Below are positions 9,733 to 19,417 of a stretch of 64,000 nucleotides of DNA, piece by piece. Both the position numbers and the translations under genes were made by a program. Numbering within the stretch: position 1 is the stretch's first letter; each line of letters opens with the position of its first letter. Below the pieces are notes generated by a model. The model had not been told where the DNA came from and searched no databases. It saw nothing but the letters and a program-made list of their open reading frames with translations. The stretch covers positions 7,357 through 71,356 of the forward strand of contig JAZKAB010000003.1 of NCBI GenBank assembly GCA_040389365.1. Direction: 5' to 3'. This stretch comes from Patescibacteria group bacterium (GTDB taxonomy: Bacteria; Patescibacteriota; Minisyncoccia; Phycocordibacterales; UBA9973).

Positions 9733-10275
9733 ATGATCCTCTCACAAACACTTGCATTCGTAGACGTTGAAACAACCGGCCTTAACAGCGATATCGCTGA
9801 GATTATTGAGCTGGGCGTTGTATTGGCAAAGCTCAAAGACGGCGAGCTCGTTGTCGTTGACCAATTGGACGTGAAGATTCGCCCAGAGCATATAGAAACT
9901 GCAGAGCCTGCGGCATTGAGGGTTAATAACTACAACGAGGCCGACTGGCTGTTTGCGGTGTCATTGCAGGATGCAATGAAGACATTTGCCGACAAGACAG
10001 ACGGGGCGGTGTTCGTGGCGCACAATGTCGTATTCGACTATGGCTTTATCGATCGCGCATTCAAGAATACGGGTGTTGAAAACCGCATGCACTATCACAA
10101 GCTCGATACGATTGCCATGGCATTTGGCATCCTGCACGACCAGGATGACATGAACAAGTTCTCCCTCAAGGCATTGTGCGAATACTATGGCATTGAGAAC
10201 AAGAAGGCGCATTCAGCCTTTGCTGACGCCTATGCGACGTATGAGGTGTTCAAGAAGCTTTTGAAGCTGAAATAG
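9733..10275 (+). CDS. DnaQ-like 3'-5' exonuclease (DEDDh, pol III epsilon-like)
   Basis: LAFVDVETTGL (Exo I) and HSAFADAYAT (Exo III) motifs. Start MILSQ immediately after the mltG stop. Confidence 0.75.
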   Translation: MILSQTLAFVDVETTGLNSDIAEIIELGVVLAKLKDGELVVVDQLDVKIRPEHIETAEPAALRVNNYNEADWLFAVSLQDAMKTFADKTDGAVFVAHNVVFDYGFIDRAFKNTGVENRMHYHKLDTIAMAFGILHDQDDMNKFSLKALCEYYGIENKKAHSAFADAYATYEVFKKLLKLK

Positions 10276-10283
10276 CGTTGCAT

Positions 10284-10311
10284 TTGACATTCCTATTTCT
10301 TACAGTATAGT
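10284..10311 (+). promoter_or_regulatory. promoter TTGACA-16-TATAGT
   Basis: Near-consensus hexamers upstream of the orphan gene at 10338. Confidence 0.45.
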
Positions 10312-10337
10312 AAGAAAAACATTTAAATACTTAGACA

Positions 10338-10946
10338 ATGGTAAAAGGAAACTATAGAGTTATTTCAGTATTTTCGCGTTCCGAAAAGCTTTTTGACGAC
10401 TATCCCTATCGGAAGTTTTATATGATTGACGAGGGGAACGTTGAAATAAGAGGCGTTGAAGAGTTTGCGCAGTATGTGGAGGCCGACTTCAGTGAGTTGT
10501 ACTTTAGGAATCGCCTTATTCCCACTACTCGAAAGGTAGTCACTATTTCTCTTGATAAGGAAAGTAGCGATACCGGCATGCAACTGTATCAAGGAAGGGA
10601 AAGAGGCATCGATTCAGTTCCGGTGTATGATACTGTTCCTCGTAACATTGATTATGATGGTATAGTAGTAGACCTGATGCTATCTCGGTCTGGCCGGCAT
10701 CGTCATGCAACTGAAAAATATCAGCCTCATGGGTTGGGAATCGTTGCATGGGCAGTCTTGCATAACATCCCTGTTGGGCTTGTGTATGAGGATGAGGGTA
10801 ATGCGGATTTTAGAAGATCAAACTTCTGGATTGAATCAGTATTGGATACGCTCGCAACCCATTCCATGTGCTATGGCAATAGAATTCCTTCAGGAAACAT
10901 TAATGATGTGTGCCGCGAAATGAGAGAGCTGCTTACGCAGCAATAA
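10338..10946 (+). CDS. hypothetical protein, 202 aa (monocistronic)
   Basis: Own promoter and a strong terminator. No recognisable motif. Confidence 0.5.
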   Translation: MVKGNYRVISVFSRSEKLFDDYPYRKFYMIDEGNVEIRGVEEFAQYVEADFSELYFRNRLIPTTRKVVTISLDKESSDTGMQLYQGRERGIDSVPVYDTVPRNIDYDGIVVDLMLSRSGRHRHATEKYQPHGLGIVAWAVLHNIPVGLVYEDEGNADFRRSNFWIESVLDTLATHSMCYGNRIPSGNINDVCREMRELLTQQ

Positions 10947-10966
10947 AGCCTTCGGGCTTTTTTTAT
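10946..10966 (+). terminator. rho-independent terminator AAGCC-TTCG-GGCTT + T-run
   Basis: Perfect hairpin followed by TTTTTT directly after the stop codon. Confidence 0.7.
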
Positions 10967-10985
10967 TGTATGTTAGTATCCTGAT

Positions 10986-12041
10986 GTGGAGAAGAAAAAG
11001 AAAATTTTTGTCGGGATCTCAGGCGGCGTAGACAGTTCAGTGTCTGCATATTTGCTGCAGCAGCAAGGGTATGACGTTCAGGGTATTTTCGTGAAGACAT
11101 GGGCGCCAGACTGGGTGCCGTGCACATGGGTAGATGAAAAGAGGGATGCAATGCGCATTTGTGCGGCATTAGATATCCCTTTTCATTTTCTCGATGCGAC
11201 AGAAGAATACAAGCATGGCGTCGCTGACTATATGATCAGCGAGTATCGCGCGGGCAGAACGCCCAACCCAGATGTCTTGTGCAACAAGATCATCAAGTTT
11301 GGGGCGATGTGGCAGTATGCCAAGGTGCAGGGTGCTGATGGTATCGCAACGGGGCACTATGCACAGGTACATGACCGAGTGCTGATAAAAGGCGCTGATG
11401 GGGCAAAAGATCAGGCGTATTTCTTATGGATGATAGAAAAGGAATTGTTGGGCCAGATTATCTTTCCGATTGGCCACCTGCAGAAGTCCGAGGTGCGTGC
11501 CATTGCAGAAAAGGCAGGGCTATTTACCGCAACAAAGAAAGACAGTCAGGGCATCTGCTTCTTGGGAGAAATCGACATGAAAGATTTTCTGCGGCACTAT
11601 ATTGATCAGAAGCCCGGCCCTGTATTGAATGAAGAAGGCAAGACGGTGGGCGAGCATGATGGCGTCTGGTTCTATACATTAGGAGAGCGCCACGGTTTCC
11701 GCATTACCGAGCACAATGTTCATAGGGAGCCGTGTTATATCGTCGGGAAAGACATAGAAAACAATACCCTTACGGTTGCGAAGGCAGCTCAAAAGACTGA
11801 GGCAAAAGAGGGAAGCATGACAGTGTCATTGCGAGACGTTAATTGGTTTAGCAATCCAGATATTTCCAAGAAATACACTGGCCAGATTAGATATCATGGG
11901 CAGCTGCTGCCAGTATCATTCGTTAATGACTACACTGTTGAGATATTTACTACAGAACAAATGCCATTAGGGCAGTCATTGGTTGTCTATGACGGAGATA
12001 TTGTAATAGGAGGCGGTGTCATTGACTTTTTGGTTATTTAG
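10986..12041 (+). CDS. mnmA: tRNA 2-thiouridylase MnmA
   Basis: PP-loop FVGISGGVDSSV and conserved Cys residues. GTG start per the ORF track. Confidence 0.85.
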   Translation: MEKKKKIFVGISGGVDSSVSAYLLQQQGYDVQGIFVKTWAPDWVPCTWVDEKRDAMRICAALDIPFHFLDATEEYKHGVADYMISEYRAGRTPNPDVLCNKIIKFGAMWQYAKVQGADGIATGHYAQVHDRVLIKGADGAKDQAYFLWMIEKELLGQIIFPIGHLQKSEVRAIAEKAGLFTATKKDSQGICFLGEIDMKDFLRHYIDQKPGPVLNEEGKTVGEHDGVWFYTLGERHGFRITEHNVHREPCYIVGKDIENNTLTVAKAAQKTEAKEGSMTVSLRDVNWFSNPDISKKYTGQIRYHGQLLPVSFVNDYTVEIFTTEQMPLGQSLVVYDGDIVIGGGVIDFLVI

Positions 12042-12076
12042 TGATATAGTGTGCCAAATATTTAAAACTAAAGAAC

Positions 12077-12280
12077 ATGAAAAAATACTTATTTGTAGCA
12101 GCAATATTGCTGCTCATAAGCGGTACCTTTACAGGGTGCGCTTGCTATGGATATAACAGCAATGCCCACGGATATGAAATGTGGCCGCAAAACAATGGCC
12201 AATATTATTACCCGTACGCAACCCAGGCTGCAGCTGCTGCCGGATTGGGCGGCGGCTATTATCCGTCCCCACGGTATTAA
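12077..12280 (+). CDS. small secreted Tyr/Gly/Asn-rich lipoprotein-like peptide, 67 aa
   Basis: Signal peptide MKKYLFVAAILLLISGTFTGC with a lipobox-like FTGC. Mature ~44-aa peptide CACYGYNSNAHGY...GQYYYPY...GGGYYPSPRY. Confidence 0.4.
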   Translation: MKKYLFVAAILLLISGTFTGCACYGYNSNAHGYEMWPQNNGQYYYPYATQAAAAAGLGGGYYPSPRY

Positions 12281-12282
12281 TA

Positions 12283-12840
12283 ATGGCAGAGACCTTATTC
12301 AAATCGCACATCATTAGACAATGGTGTGCTTTTTTATTTCCTGCCCTCATGCGCTATACTGTCGGCATGACTGCAATATTGACGAACGTTATTTATGTAA
12401 AATTATTCATGGCAATGGTATTGGGCATGGTGCTCGGCGTTGAGCGCTTTGTCGCGCACAAGACGGCTGGCATGCGCACGTATACTCTGGTATCGCTTGG
12501 TGCCGCAATGTTCGTCATTATCTCGCAGATGGTAGCTGAGCTTTATAATATGCCCTATACCTTCCATCTTATTGCGGCTATTATCTCCGCAGCGGGCTTT
12601 CTGGGCGTTGGCTCGATCATTCGCAGCGACATGAAGGTTATCGGCATTACAACTGCAACCGGCCTTTGGGTTGCAACGGGCATAGGCATGGCCTGCGGCT
12701 TTGGGTTTTATGAGCTGGCGGCAATCGTTACGATGCTTACCATGTTTGCATTTATTGTGCTGTGGTTTGTCGAGCGACAGATCAACAAGCTGTCTATTAT
12801 GAAAGAAGAGCATAACGTGCCGCTAGAGCCGGAGATGTAG
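12283..12840 (+). CDS. mgtC: MgtC/SapB family membrane protein
   Basis: MVLGMVLGVERFVAHKTAGMRTYTLVSLGAA matches the MgtC N-terminal signature. Start may be at 12283 or 12349. Confidence 0.7.
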   Translation: MAETLFKSHIIRQWCAFLFPALMRYTVGMTAILTNVIYVKLFMAMVLGMVLGVERFVAHKTAGMRTYTLVSLGAAMFVIISQMVAELYNMPYTFHLIAAIISAAGFLGVGSIIRSDMKVIGITTATGLWVATGIGMACGFGFYELAAIVTMLTMFAFIVLWFVERQINKLSIMKEEHNVPLEPEM

Positions 12841-12841
12841 T

Positions 12842-14677
12842 ATGAAGAAAAGCACTGCACAATGGAAAAATGGCAAAGAGCTTTTGGCGTATCTAAATGA
12901 GGCATATAATGTGCTTCATACAGCATATGAAGACTTGTTTTGGACAAGCTATATGGGAGACCATAGCGTCAATGATGCAAAAGACAGGGCGCTTGAAGCG
13001 CGAGACGCATTTCGTACAAACGAAATACTCAAGAAGACAGTAGAGGAATTTATTCCTGCAAGCAAGGGTGAAATAAAAGAACGGCTTGAACACTGGAAGC
13101 TTTTCTTCTCGCTGTATCAGGTTCCTGAACAAGCTAAGGCGATAAAGCAGAAAGTAGATATGCTGGAAAGCTCATTAGGCAAGGTGCGCAGTACGCGCAA
13201 AGAGGGCTATATTGACCCTAAGACAAAGAAGTTCGTAAAGGCATCTGCAAATGCGCTCCGCAGCCTTATTGTTACCAGCGATACAGAGCCGATGCGAAAG
13301 GCTGCCTTTGAAGCCTTGGGTCAGTTAGGTGCTGACTGCATTGCAGACTATATCGTTCTTATCAACACGCTCAATGAGTTTGCCCGTGCATTAGGGTATG
13401 AAGACTTCTTCGCCTACAAGCTGAAGATAGAAGAAGATATGACAAAGAAAGAACTCTTTGCATTGTTTGACACGATTTATGACAAGACAAAGTATGCCTT
13501 TGAAGACATACGAGCGCTTGAAAAGAAAAGCATGCCTGGCCTTCGCAAGCCTTGGAACTATTCGCACATGCTTGCAGGTTCATTCGTAAAAGAGGAAGAC
13601 CAGTATTTTCCCATTGAAGAAATGCTGCCTCGCTGGGGAAAGTCGTTTGCTGCCCTCGGCATCTCATTCCAGGGCTCATCTTTAGTGTTTGACTTGCTAG
13701 ACAGGGAAGGGAAATACAACAATGGCTTTTGCCATTGGCCAGACTTGGTACAGTACAGGGATGCAAAGCGCATTCCAGGTCGTTCTCAGCTTACCTGCAA
13801 TGTTGTACAAGGAATTCCTGGGGAATCGAGCCTTGGGTACTTAACGCTCTTTCATGAGGGCGGCCATGCTGCGCATATCCTTAGTTCAGAGATGAAGGAT
13901 GCCTGCGTCAATCACGAGTACGCCCCAATGACCATGTCATGGGCTGAAACGCAAAGCATGTTTCTGGATACTATGTTCTCAAGCATAGATTGGCTTACAA
14001 GATATGCAAAAAATACAAAGGGAGAAGCATATCCTTTCGAGCTGTATAAGAAAAAGGTAACAGCATTGCAATTTCAGGCTCCATTGTATTTGATGCAAAT
14101 TGTTCGAGTGTCTGCATTTGAACGAGAGCTGTATGAGGCAAAGAACTTAACCAAGGAAAAAGTTATTTCCATTGCGAAGAAAATAACCAAGAAGTATTTT
14201 GACTTTAGCGTAGACAGCTACAACATACTCGAGGTGCCGCACTTGTATTCATGGGAGAGCGCCTGCTCATATCATGGCTATGCGCTCGCAAAGCTTGGCC
14301 TTTCGCAATGGCGAGATTACTTCTATGACAAGTACGGATATATTGTTGATAATCCAAATGTTGGAAAGGAGATGAAAAAAGTGTGGAAATATGCAGGCTC
14401 AAAGACATTTCCTGAATTTATTAAGCTAGCGACTGGCAAGAAACTTTCAGCGCTGCCATATATTAAGAATGTCACGCGTTCAGTTGCCAAGACATTGAAG
14501 ATTGCAGAAGAGCGCATTGCCATTACTGCAAAGAAGCCAATGAGCAAAAAGGCAATAGATCTAGATGCGAAGATTTCGCTTGTCCATGGCAAGGAAACAA
14601 TTGCTACAAACAAGAAGTCGTTTGAAGATATGGCCAAGACCTACGCAGCATGGCTGCAAACCCAAAAGACAAAGTAA
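12842..14677 (+). CDS. pepF: M3-family zinc oligoendopeptidase (PepF-like), 611 aa
   Basis: HEGGHAAH HExxH motif, downstream MSWAETQSMFLD (M3 third-ligand/EAPSQ-like region), and FARALGYEDFFAYKL (M3 conserved block). Confidence 0.65.
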   Translation: MKKSTAQWKNGKELLAYLNEAYNVLHTAYEDLFWTSYMGDHSVNDAKDRALEARDAFRTNEILKKTVEEFIPASKGEIKERLEHWKLFFSLYQVPEQAKAIKQKVDMLESSLGKVRSTRKEGYIDPKTKKFVKASANALRSLIVTSDTEPMRKAAFEALGQLGADCIADYIVLINTLNEFARALGYEDFFAYKLKIEEDMTKKELFALFDTIYDKTKYAFEDIRALEKKSMPGLRKPWNYSHMLAGSFVKEEDQYFPIEEMLPRWGKSFAALGISFQGSSLVFDLLDREGKYNNGFCHWPDLVQYRDAKRIPGRSQLTCNVVQGIPGESSLGYLTLFHEGGHAAHILSSEMKDACVNHEYAPMTMSWAETQSMFLDTMFSSIDWLTRYAKNTKGEAYPFELYKKKVTALQFQAPLYLMQIVRVSAFERELYEAKNLTKEKVISIAKKITKKYFDFSVDSYNILEVPHLYSWESACSYHGYALAKLGLSQWRDYFYDKYGYIVDNPNVGKEMKKVWKYAGSKTFPEFIKLATGKKLSALPYIKNVTRSVAKTLKIAEERIAITAKKPMSKKAIDLDAKISLVHGKETIATNKKSFEDMAKTYAAWLQTQKTK

Positions 14678-14712
14678 ATGGATTATTTATAACTTTCTGA
14701 TACAGTAACTAT

Positions 14713-16452
14713 ATGACAACCCCTGAAATCCGACAGCGATTCCTCGACTTCTTTGCCAAGCGCGGTCATGCAGCAGTGCCCAGCGCTTCTTTGGTGCCGA
14801 AGAATGATCCTTCAGTGCTTTTTAATACCGCAGGCATGCAGCCATTGGTGCCGTATTTGATGGGGCGACCGCATCCGTTAGGCAATCGCCTTGCAAGCAG
14901 CCAGAAGTGCGTGCGTACGGGAGATATTGAAGAAGTGGGTAACCATAAGAACCTGACGTTCTTCGAAATGCTCGGCAATTGGTCTCTCGGCGACTATTTC
15001 AAGGAAGAGGCGATCAAATGGAGCTTTGAGTTCTTAACCTCTAAGGAAGAAGGGCTTGGCCTTGATCCTGCTCGACTGTACGTAACGGTATTCGAAGGCG
15101 ATGAGAATGCTCCCCGTGATATGGAAGCAGTTGAAATCTGGAAGAACTACATTCCTGAACATCGTATTTATTTCCTGCCCGCAAAGAATAACTGGTGGAG
15201 TCCGGGAGACAATGGCCCCTGCGGTCCTGACAGTGAGATGTTCTATGACGTAACGCCAGAGGGCTTGGGTGACATGACGCATGACGAATACGTGGCAGCA
15301 GACGATGTTGGCACGGTCGTTGAGATTTGGAATGACGTATTCATGCAGTATGAGAAGCAGGATGGCGTTGTTGTAGGCAAGCTGGCGCAGAAGAACGTTG
15401 ATACGGGAAGCGGGCTTGAGCGCGTTGCTATGCTTTCTCAAGGCAAGACAAACGTGTATGAGGCCGACATGTTTGCGCCTGTCATGGCTATGATCAAGGA
15501 TCACAGCGAGAACTACACTGAGCGTAATGCGCGCATTATCGCAGACCACCTTCGCTGCGCGCTATTTCTTATCGCTGATGGCGTGACGCCTTCTAACAAG
15601 GATCAGGGCTACATTCTGCGCCGCATCATTCGTCGTGCCGCATTGAAGATGAAGCTGATGAGTACTGACCCTGACATTGCGTATGCGATCCTCACTCACT
15701 ACACTGACTTTTATGCTGAAGCATATCCTGAATTGCTGAAAGGAGACTTGCAGGCAGTATTCAAGACAGAAGAAGAAAAGTTTACCAAAACCTTGCAGAG
15801 CGGTCTTCGTGAGTTTGAAAAGGGCGTTGACCCGTTTATGCTGGCAACGACGTACGGCTTCCCAATTGAAATCACCGAAGAGCTCGCACTGGAAAAGTGC
15901 GTATCAATAGATCGCGATGCGTTTAACGCGCAAATGAAAGCGCACCAGGACGCATCTCGCGCTGGAGCTGCAGCAAAGTTTAAGGGCGGGCTTGCTGATA
16001 CCGGAGAAAAGACAACGCAGCTGCACACTGCACACCACCTCTTGCTAGCAGCATTGCAAAAAGTATTAGGCAAGGAAGTGCATCAGCGCGGCAGCAATAT
16101 CACCGAAGAGCGCTTGCGCATCGACTTTAGCTTTGATCGCAAGATGACTGATGAGGAAAAGGCGGCAGTTGAATTGCAGGTTAACGAATGGATCAATACT
16201 AACCACAAGGTATGCCGCAGAGAAATGCCCCGCGCAGAAGCGGAGCAGATTGGCGCAGAAATGGAGTTTGGCACCAAGTATCCTGATGTTGTCAGCGTAT
16301 ACATGATTGAAGACGCAGCTGGGAATGCTATCTCAAAAGAATTCTGTGGCGGCCCGCACGTTGAAGAGACTAAGGGCTTGGGAGTGTTTAAGATACAGAA
16401 GGAAGAAGCGGTGGCTGCAGGGATTCGAAGAATCAAGGCAACGCTTTCATAA
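14713..16452 (+). CDS. alaS: alanine--tRNA ligase, short form (579 aa) lacking the C-Ala domain
   Basis: N-terminus EIRQRFLDFFAKRGHAAVPSASLVPKNDPSVLFNTAGMQP is canonical AlaRS. Editing-domain HTAHHLL (HxxxH) and CGGPHV zinc motifs are present. The protein ends ~300 aa short of typical AlaRS. Confidence 0.85.
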   Translation: MTTPEIRQRFLDFFAKRGHAAVPSASLVPKNDPSVLFNTAGMQPLVPYLMGRPHPLGNRLASSQKCVRTGDIEEVGNHKNLTFFEMLGNWSLGDYFKEEAIKWSFEFLTSKEEGLGLDPARLYVTVFEGDENAPRDMEAVEIWKNYIPEHRIYFLPAKNNWWSPGDNGPCGPDSEMFYDVTPEGLGDMTHDEYVAADDVGTVVEIWNDVFMQYEKQDGVVVGKLAQKNVDTGSGLERVAMLSQGKTNVYEADMFAPVMAMIKDHSENYTERNARIIADHLRCALFLIADGVTPSNKDQGYILRRIIRRAALKMKLMSTDPDIAYAILTHYTDFYAEAYPELLKGDLQAVFKTEEEKFTKTLQSGLREFEKGVDPFMLATTYGFPIEITEELALEKCVSIDRDAFNAQMKAHQDASRAGAAAKFKGGLADTGEKTTQLHTAHHLLLAALQKVLGKEVHQRGSNITEERLRIDFSFDRKMTDEEKAAVELQVNEWINTNHKVCRREMPRAEAEQIGAEMEFGTKYPDVVSVYMIEDAAGNAISKEFCGGPHVEETKGLGVFKIQKEEAVAAGIRRIKATLS

Positions 16453-16454
16453 TT

Positions 16455-16492
16455 ACGTAAAAAGCCCTCAGTTGAGGGCTTTTTACGTAATT
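16455..16492. terminator. bidirectional hairpin terminator, extended perfect palindrome TTACGTAAAAAGCCCTCA-GT-TGAGGGCTTTTTACGTAA
   Basis: 18-nt perfect inverted repeat with A/T runs on both sides. Confidence 0.7.
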
Positions 16493-16508
16493 GACTTAGA
16501 AGGATAAT

Positions 16509-16871
16509 ATGGGTACAGTGTTAAAAAAACGCACTATGAGTTACTTAGAAGACGTATACGAAAAGCTTCCTCAGGAAATTAAAGACGTTCTATTGTTTGA
16601 AGAAATGAAATATTTCATCTTTAATGGGCCTAAACCACTCGCCTGCATCAAAGAGTATATGGTTGCGCACCCTGAATTGGACAAAGACACTATGGCTGTT
16701 TGTACAATCCGCATGCTAAGAAACCTTGCTGTTGAAAGAGGCATTGCAACCGAGCAGGATTTGGAAAAAGGCCATGAAAGGGTCATTGATGATGTGCTAG
16801 GATGGCTTACGAAGCATGAATCAGAAATTGTCGCTGAGGTTGCGAAGAGAAAGATGATACAAGGTAATTAA
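16509..16871 (+). CDS. hypothetical protein, 120 aa
   Basis: Intact ORF between the terminator and the next gene. No motif. Confidence 0.4.
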   Translation: MGTVLKKRTMSYLEDVYEKLPQEIKDVLLFEEMKYFIFNGPKPLACIKEYMVAHPELDKDTMAVCTIRMLRNLAVERGIATEQDLEKGHERVIDDVLGWLTKHESEIVAEVAKRKMIQGN

Positions 16872-16949
16872 TAATTGACCCTGGAAAATATTCCAGGGTT
16901 TTTATGTATAAACTTTATCTATTCATTCGTATGCTGCTATACTATACGC

Positions 16950-18110
16950 ATGTCTTCCAAAGCACGTGCGATTGCTGTCTTTGATATTAGTTCCAGTAGC
17001 GTAGGCGGCGCTCATGCGCTGATAGATGCAAGCGGCTCAGCTGCTGCAGTTACTTTTCTCGTGCAAGAACGACGCGATAGCGGGCTTGATGAAGAGCTTA
17101 ACATCGAGCGCTTCGTTGAAGATAGCGCCAAGGCGCTTGAAGTGGTAATTGATCAGGTACGCACTGCAGACGTGCATCACCCTGAATATATCCAGGTGGT
17201 ACTGAGCTCTCCGTGGTATACCTCGCTTACCCGCACTATTACTTACTCTAAAACGACTATCTTTACCTGCACCAAGCGACTCGTTGATTCCTTGATTGAA
17301 AAGGAGATCGCATTTCTGCTCAAGGATCCTGCGATAGCGGGCACTGCATTTGGCGACGGCTTCAAGGTTGCCGAGCAGCAACTGTCAAACGTTCTGCTTA
17401 ATGGCTATGAGTCTAACGATCCGTATGGAAAAAAGGCACAGACACTCGAATTGACGCTTATGGTGACGCTGATTCCGGATATTGTAGCAGAGCGTTTTAC
17501 CAGCATACTGCGCCGTAGCTATGGCGACCGCACTATAAACGTTACGACCGGCGTGCATGCTGCATTCGTGTCGCTGCGGGACAATGGCGGCATTGAAAGC
17601 CCCTGCGTCATTATCGATGTGGGCGAAGAGGTGACTGACGTTGCAGTGGTAAAGAATAACGGCCTGCAGTCACAGCATTCGTTCCCTATAGGAACATACG
17701 AGCTGTATCGCGCATTGGGCGCGGTAACGAAGAGCACTGCACAGGCACGAGCGCTCGTTGAGGGCTATCGCCTCAAGAAGCTTACGCCTTCAAACGTGCG
17801 CATTGTCGAGAAGGCACTGCAGGCATTTTCTCAGAAATGGATAGAAAGCTGCCGATCGGTCGTCGAAGCGGTGCATGACGGCATGCGCATGCCGTCGCAG
17901 TATTATATTTCTGCTGACCAGCGCTTTGAGGCAATCTTTCCGGCCCTTATCAGTACTGATGCATTTTTGCAACACGGTACAGTCTCGCAATCCATCAATG
18001 CTACCTTTATTACCGCAGCACAGTTGTCTGCAGGCATAAAGACTGCCAGCGCAGAACAGCCTGATGCGTCGCTTGCCATAGGAGCGCTTTTTAGCGAGCG
18101 CTTGCTATAA
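16950..18110 (+). CDS. actin-like ATPase (FtsA/PilM-like), ~386 aa
   Basis: IAVFDISSSSVGGAHA (phosphate-1-like) and VIIDVGEEVTDVAVV (phosphate-2-like) of the ASKHA fold. TATACT -10 6 nt upstream of ATG 16950. Confidence 0.5.
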   Translation: MSSKARAIAVFDISSSSVGGAHALIDASGSAAAVTFLVQERRDSGLDEELNIERFVEDSAKALEVVIDQVRTADVHHPEYIQVVLSSPWYTSLTRTITYSKTTIFTCTKRLVDSLIEKEIAFLLKDPAIAGTAFGDGFKVAEQQLSNVLLNGYESNDPYGKKAQTLELTLMVTLIPDIVAERFTSILRRSYGDRTINVTTGVHAAFVSLRDNGGIESPCVIIDVGEEVTDVAVVKNNGLQSQHSFPIGTYELYRALGAVTKSTAQARALVEGYRLKKLTPSNVRIVEKALQAFSQKWIESCRSVVEAVHDGMRMPSQYYISADQRFEAIFPALISTDAFLQHGTVSQSINATFITAAQLSAGIKTASAEQPDASLAIGALFSERLL

Positions 18111-18117
18111 TATTTAT

Positions 18118-19374
18118 ATGAAGCTGTACGACGTTATTCGCAAAGACCATAAGGAGAATGGCATTCCTGATCCTGAGCCGATGCCAGTATATGTGCCGCC
18201 TCCAGTACGGCACGACATTCCCGCGAAGCCTCTTTCCTCGTGGAGAAAAATAGCCGTTATGGCAGGGGCATTGCTGTTCATTGCGCTCTTGTATATTGGC
18301 GGCACGTATTTCGTGCATGCCAAAGTGACCATTACCGAGCGCCACATTCCATTCTCCCTTAACAATACGCAATTGGAGGTGATGAACGAGAAAAATGCCG
18401 ATGCGGGCAGGCTGTCATTTCAAACTATGGTCGTAACCGACAAGGTAACGCGCCAGATATTTGGATCGGCTTTGACTACCAGCACCACCAAGGCTTCTGG
18501 AAAGATTGTCATTTTCAACCAGTACAGCACGAAGGCGCAGACGGTTAAGAGCGGTACGACGGTAACGGGAGCAAATGGGCAAAAGTATGTCATGCAGGCG
18601 ACGGTAACGGTGCCAGGCTTTACTGGCACGGGCACTGCAAAGGCTGCAGGCTCTGCGTCTGTGGGCGTGGTGGCTGCAGGCATTGGTCCCGCATACAACA
18701 CGACCGGCACGACATTTACCATTGCCGGCTGGACTGGTGCCAATGCCAAGGTGTTCTTTGCAAGCTCAGGTCCCATTACCGGCGGCAGCAATGGCGCAAT
18801 GCATGCGCTGACCGAAGCTGACAAAAAGCAGGCAATACAGAACTTGCAAGCAGCGCTGCAGGAGAAGCTGGCACGCCAGACTCGGTCTCAGATTCCTGAG
18901 AACCTCGTTACGTTTCCTGACCTACAATTTACCTCGATTGATACTGGCAGCTTGGTATTGGAAGGCGATACCATTCAGTTCCCGGCAACGCTTGAGGGAA
19001 CGATGGTGTCATACCTCATCCCGCGAGACCTGCTCGAGCGCGCTATTGCCAGCAAGGCCATTAGCGACCATGCATATCCGCACGTGACGATTCCTGACCT
19101 GGGAGCGGTCAAGATCGCGTCAGTATCGCCGTTGCCAACTAATCCGGCCAACATCCCCGAAAGCATTACCATTGCAGTATCAGGACAGGGAACGATCATT
19201 ACCAAGGCCTCGCCGAGCGCTATCCAGCAGGCAGTATTGAGCATTAAGCGCAAGGCATTTACCCAGGCATTGTCTCGCTTTCCGGAGGTTGATACGGCCG
19301 AATACAGCCTGTATCCGTTCTGGGCGCCCTATTTCCCGTACAAGCCAAGCCGCATAACCGTTAAAGTCCAGTAA
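18118..19374 (+). CDS. bitopic membrane protein with Thr/Gly-rich extracytoplasmic domain, 418 aa
   Basis: ~45-aa cytoplasmic N-terminus, one TM (IAVMAGALLFIALLYIGGTYFV), then a T/G-rich beta-like region. Follows the actin-like ATPase gene, so possibly its membrane partner. Confidence 0.5.
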   Translation: MKLYDVIRKDHKENGIPDPEPMPVYVPPPVRHDIPAKPLSSWRKIAVMAGALLFIALLYIGGTYFVHAKVTITERHIPFSLNNTQLEVMNEKNADAGRLSFQTMVVTDKVTRQIFGSALTTSTTKASGKIVIFNQYSTKAQTVKSGTTVTGANGQKYVMQATVTVPGFTGTGTAKAAGSASVGVVAAGIGPAYNTTGTTFTIAGWTGANAKVFFASSGPITGGSNGAMHALTEADKKQAIQNLQAALQEKLARQTRSQIPENLVTFPDLQFTSIDTGSLVLEGDTIQFPATLEGTMVSYLIPRDLLERAIASKAISDHAYPHVTIPDLGAVKIASVSPLPTNPANIPESITIAVSGQGTIITKASPSAIQQAVLSIKRKAFTQALSRFPEVDTAEYSLYPFWAPYFPYKPSRITVKVQ

Positions 19375-19417
19375 ATGCTTGACCCGTTTAGCAAAGTTTA
19401 GTATAGTATCCCAGTCA

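Noticed and set aside
15034-15549. 171-aa minus-strand ORF
   Set aside because: Antisense within alaS.
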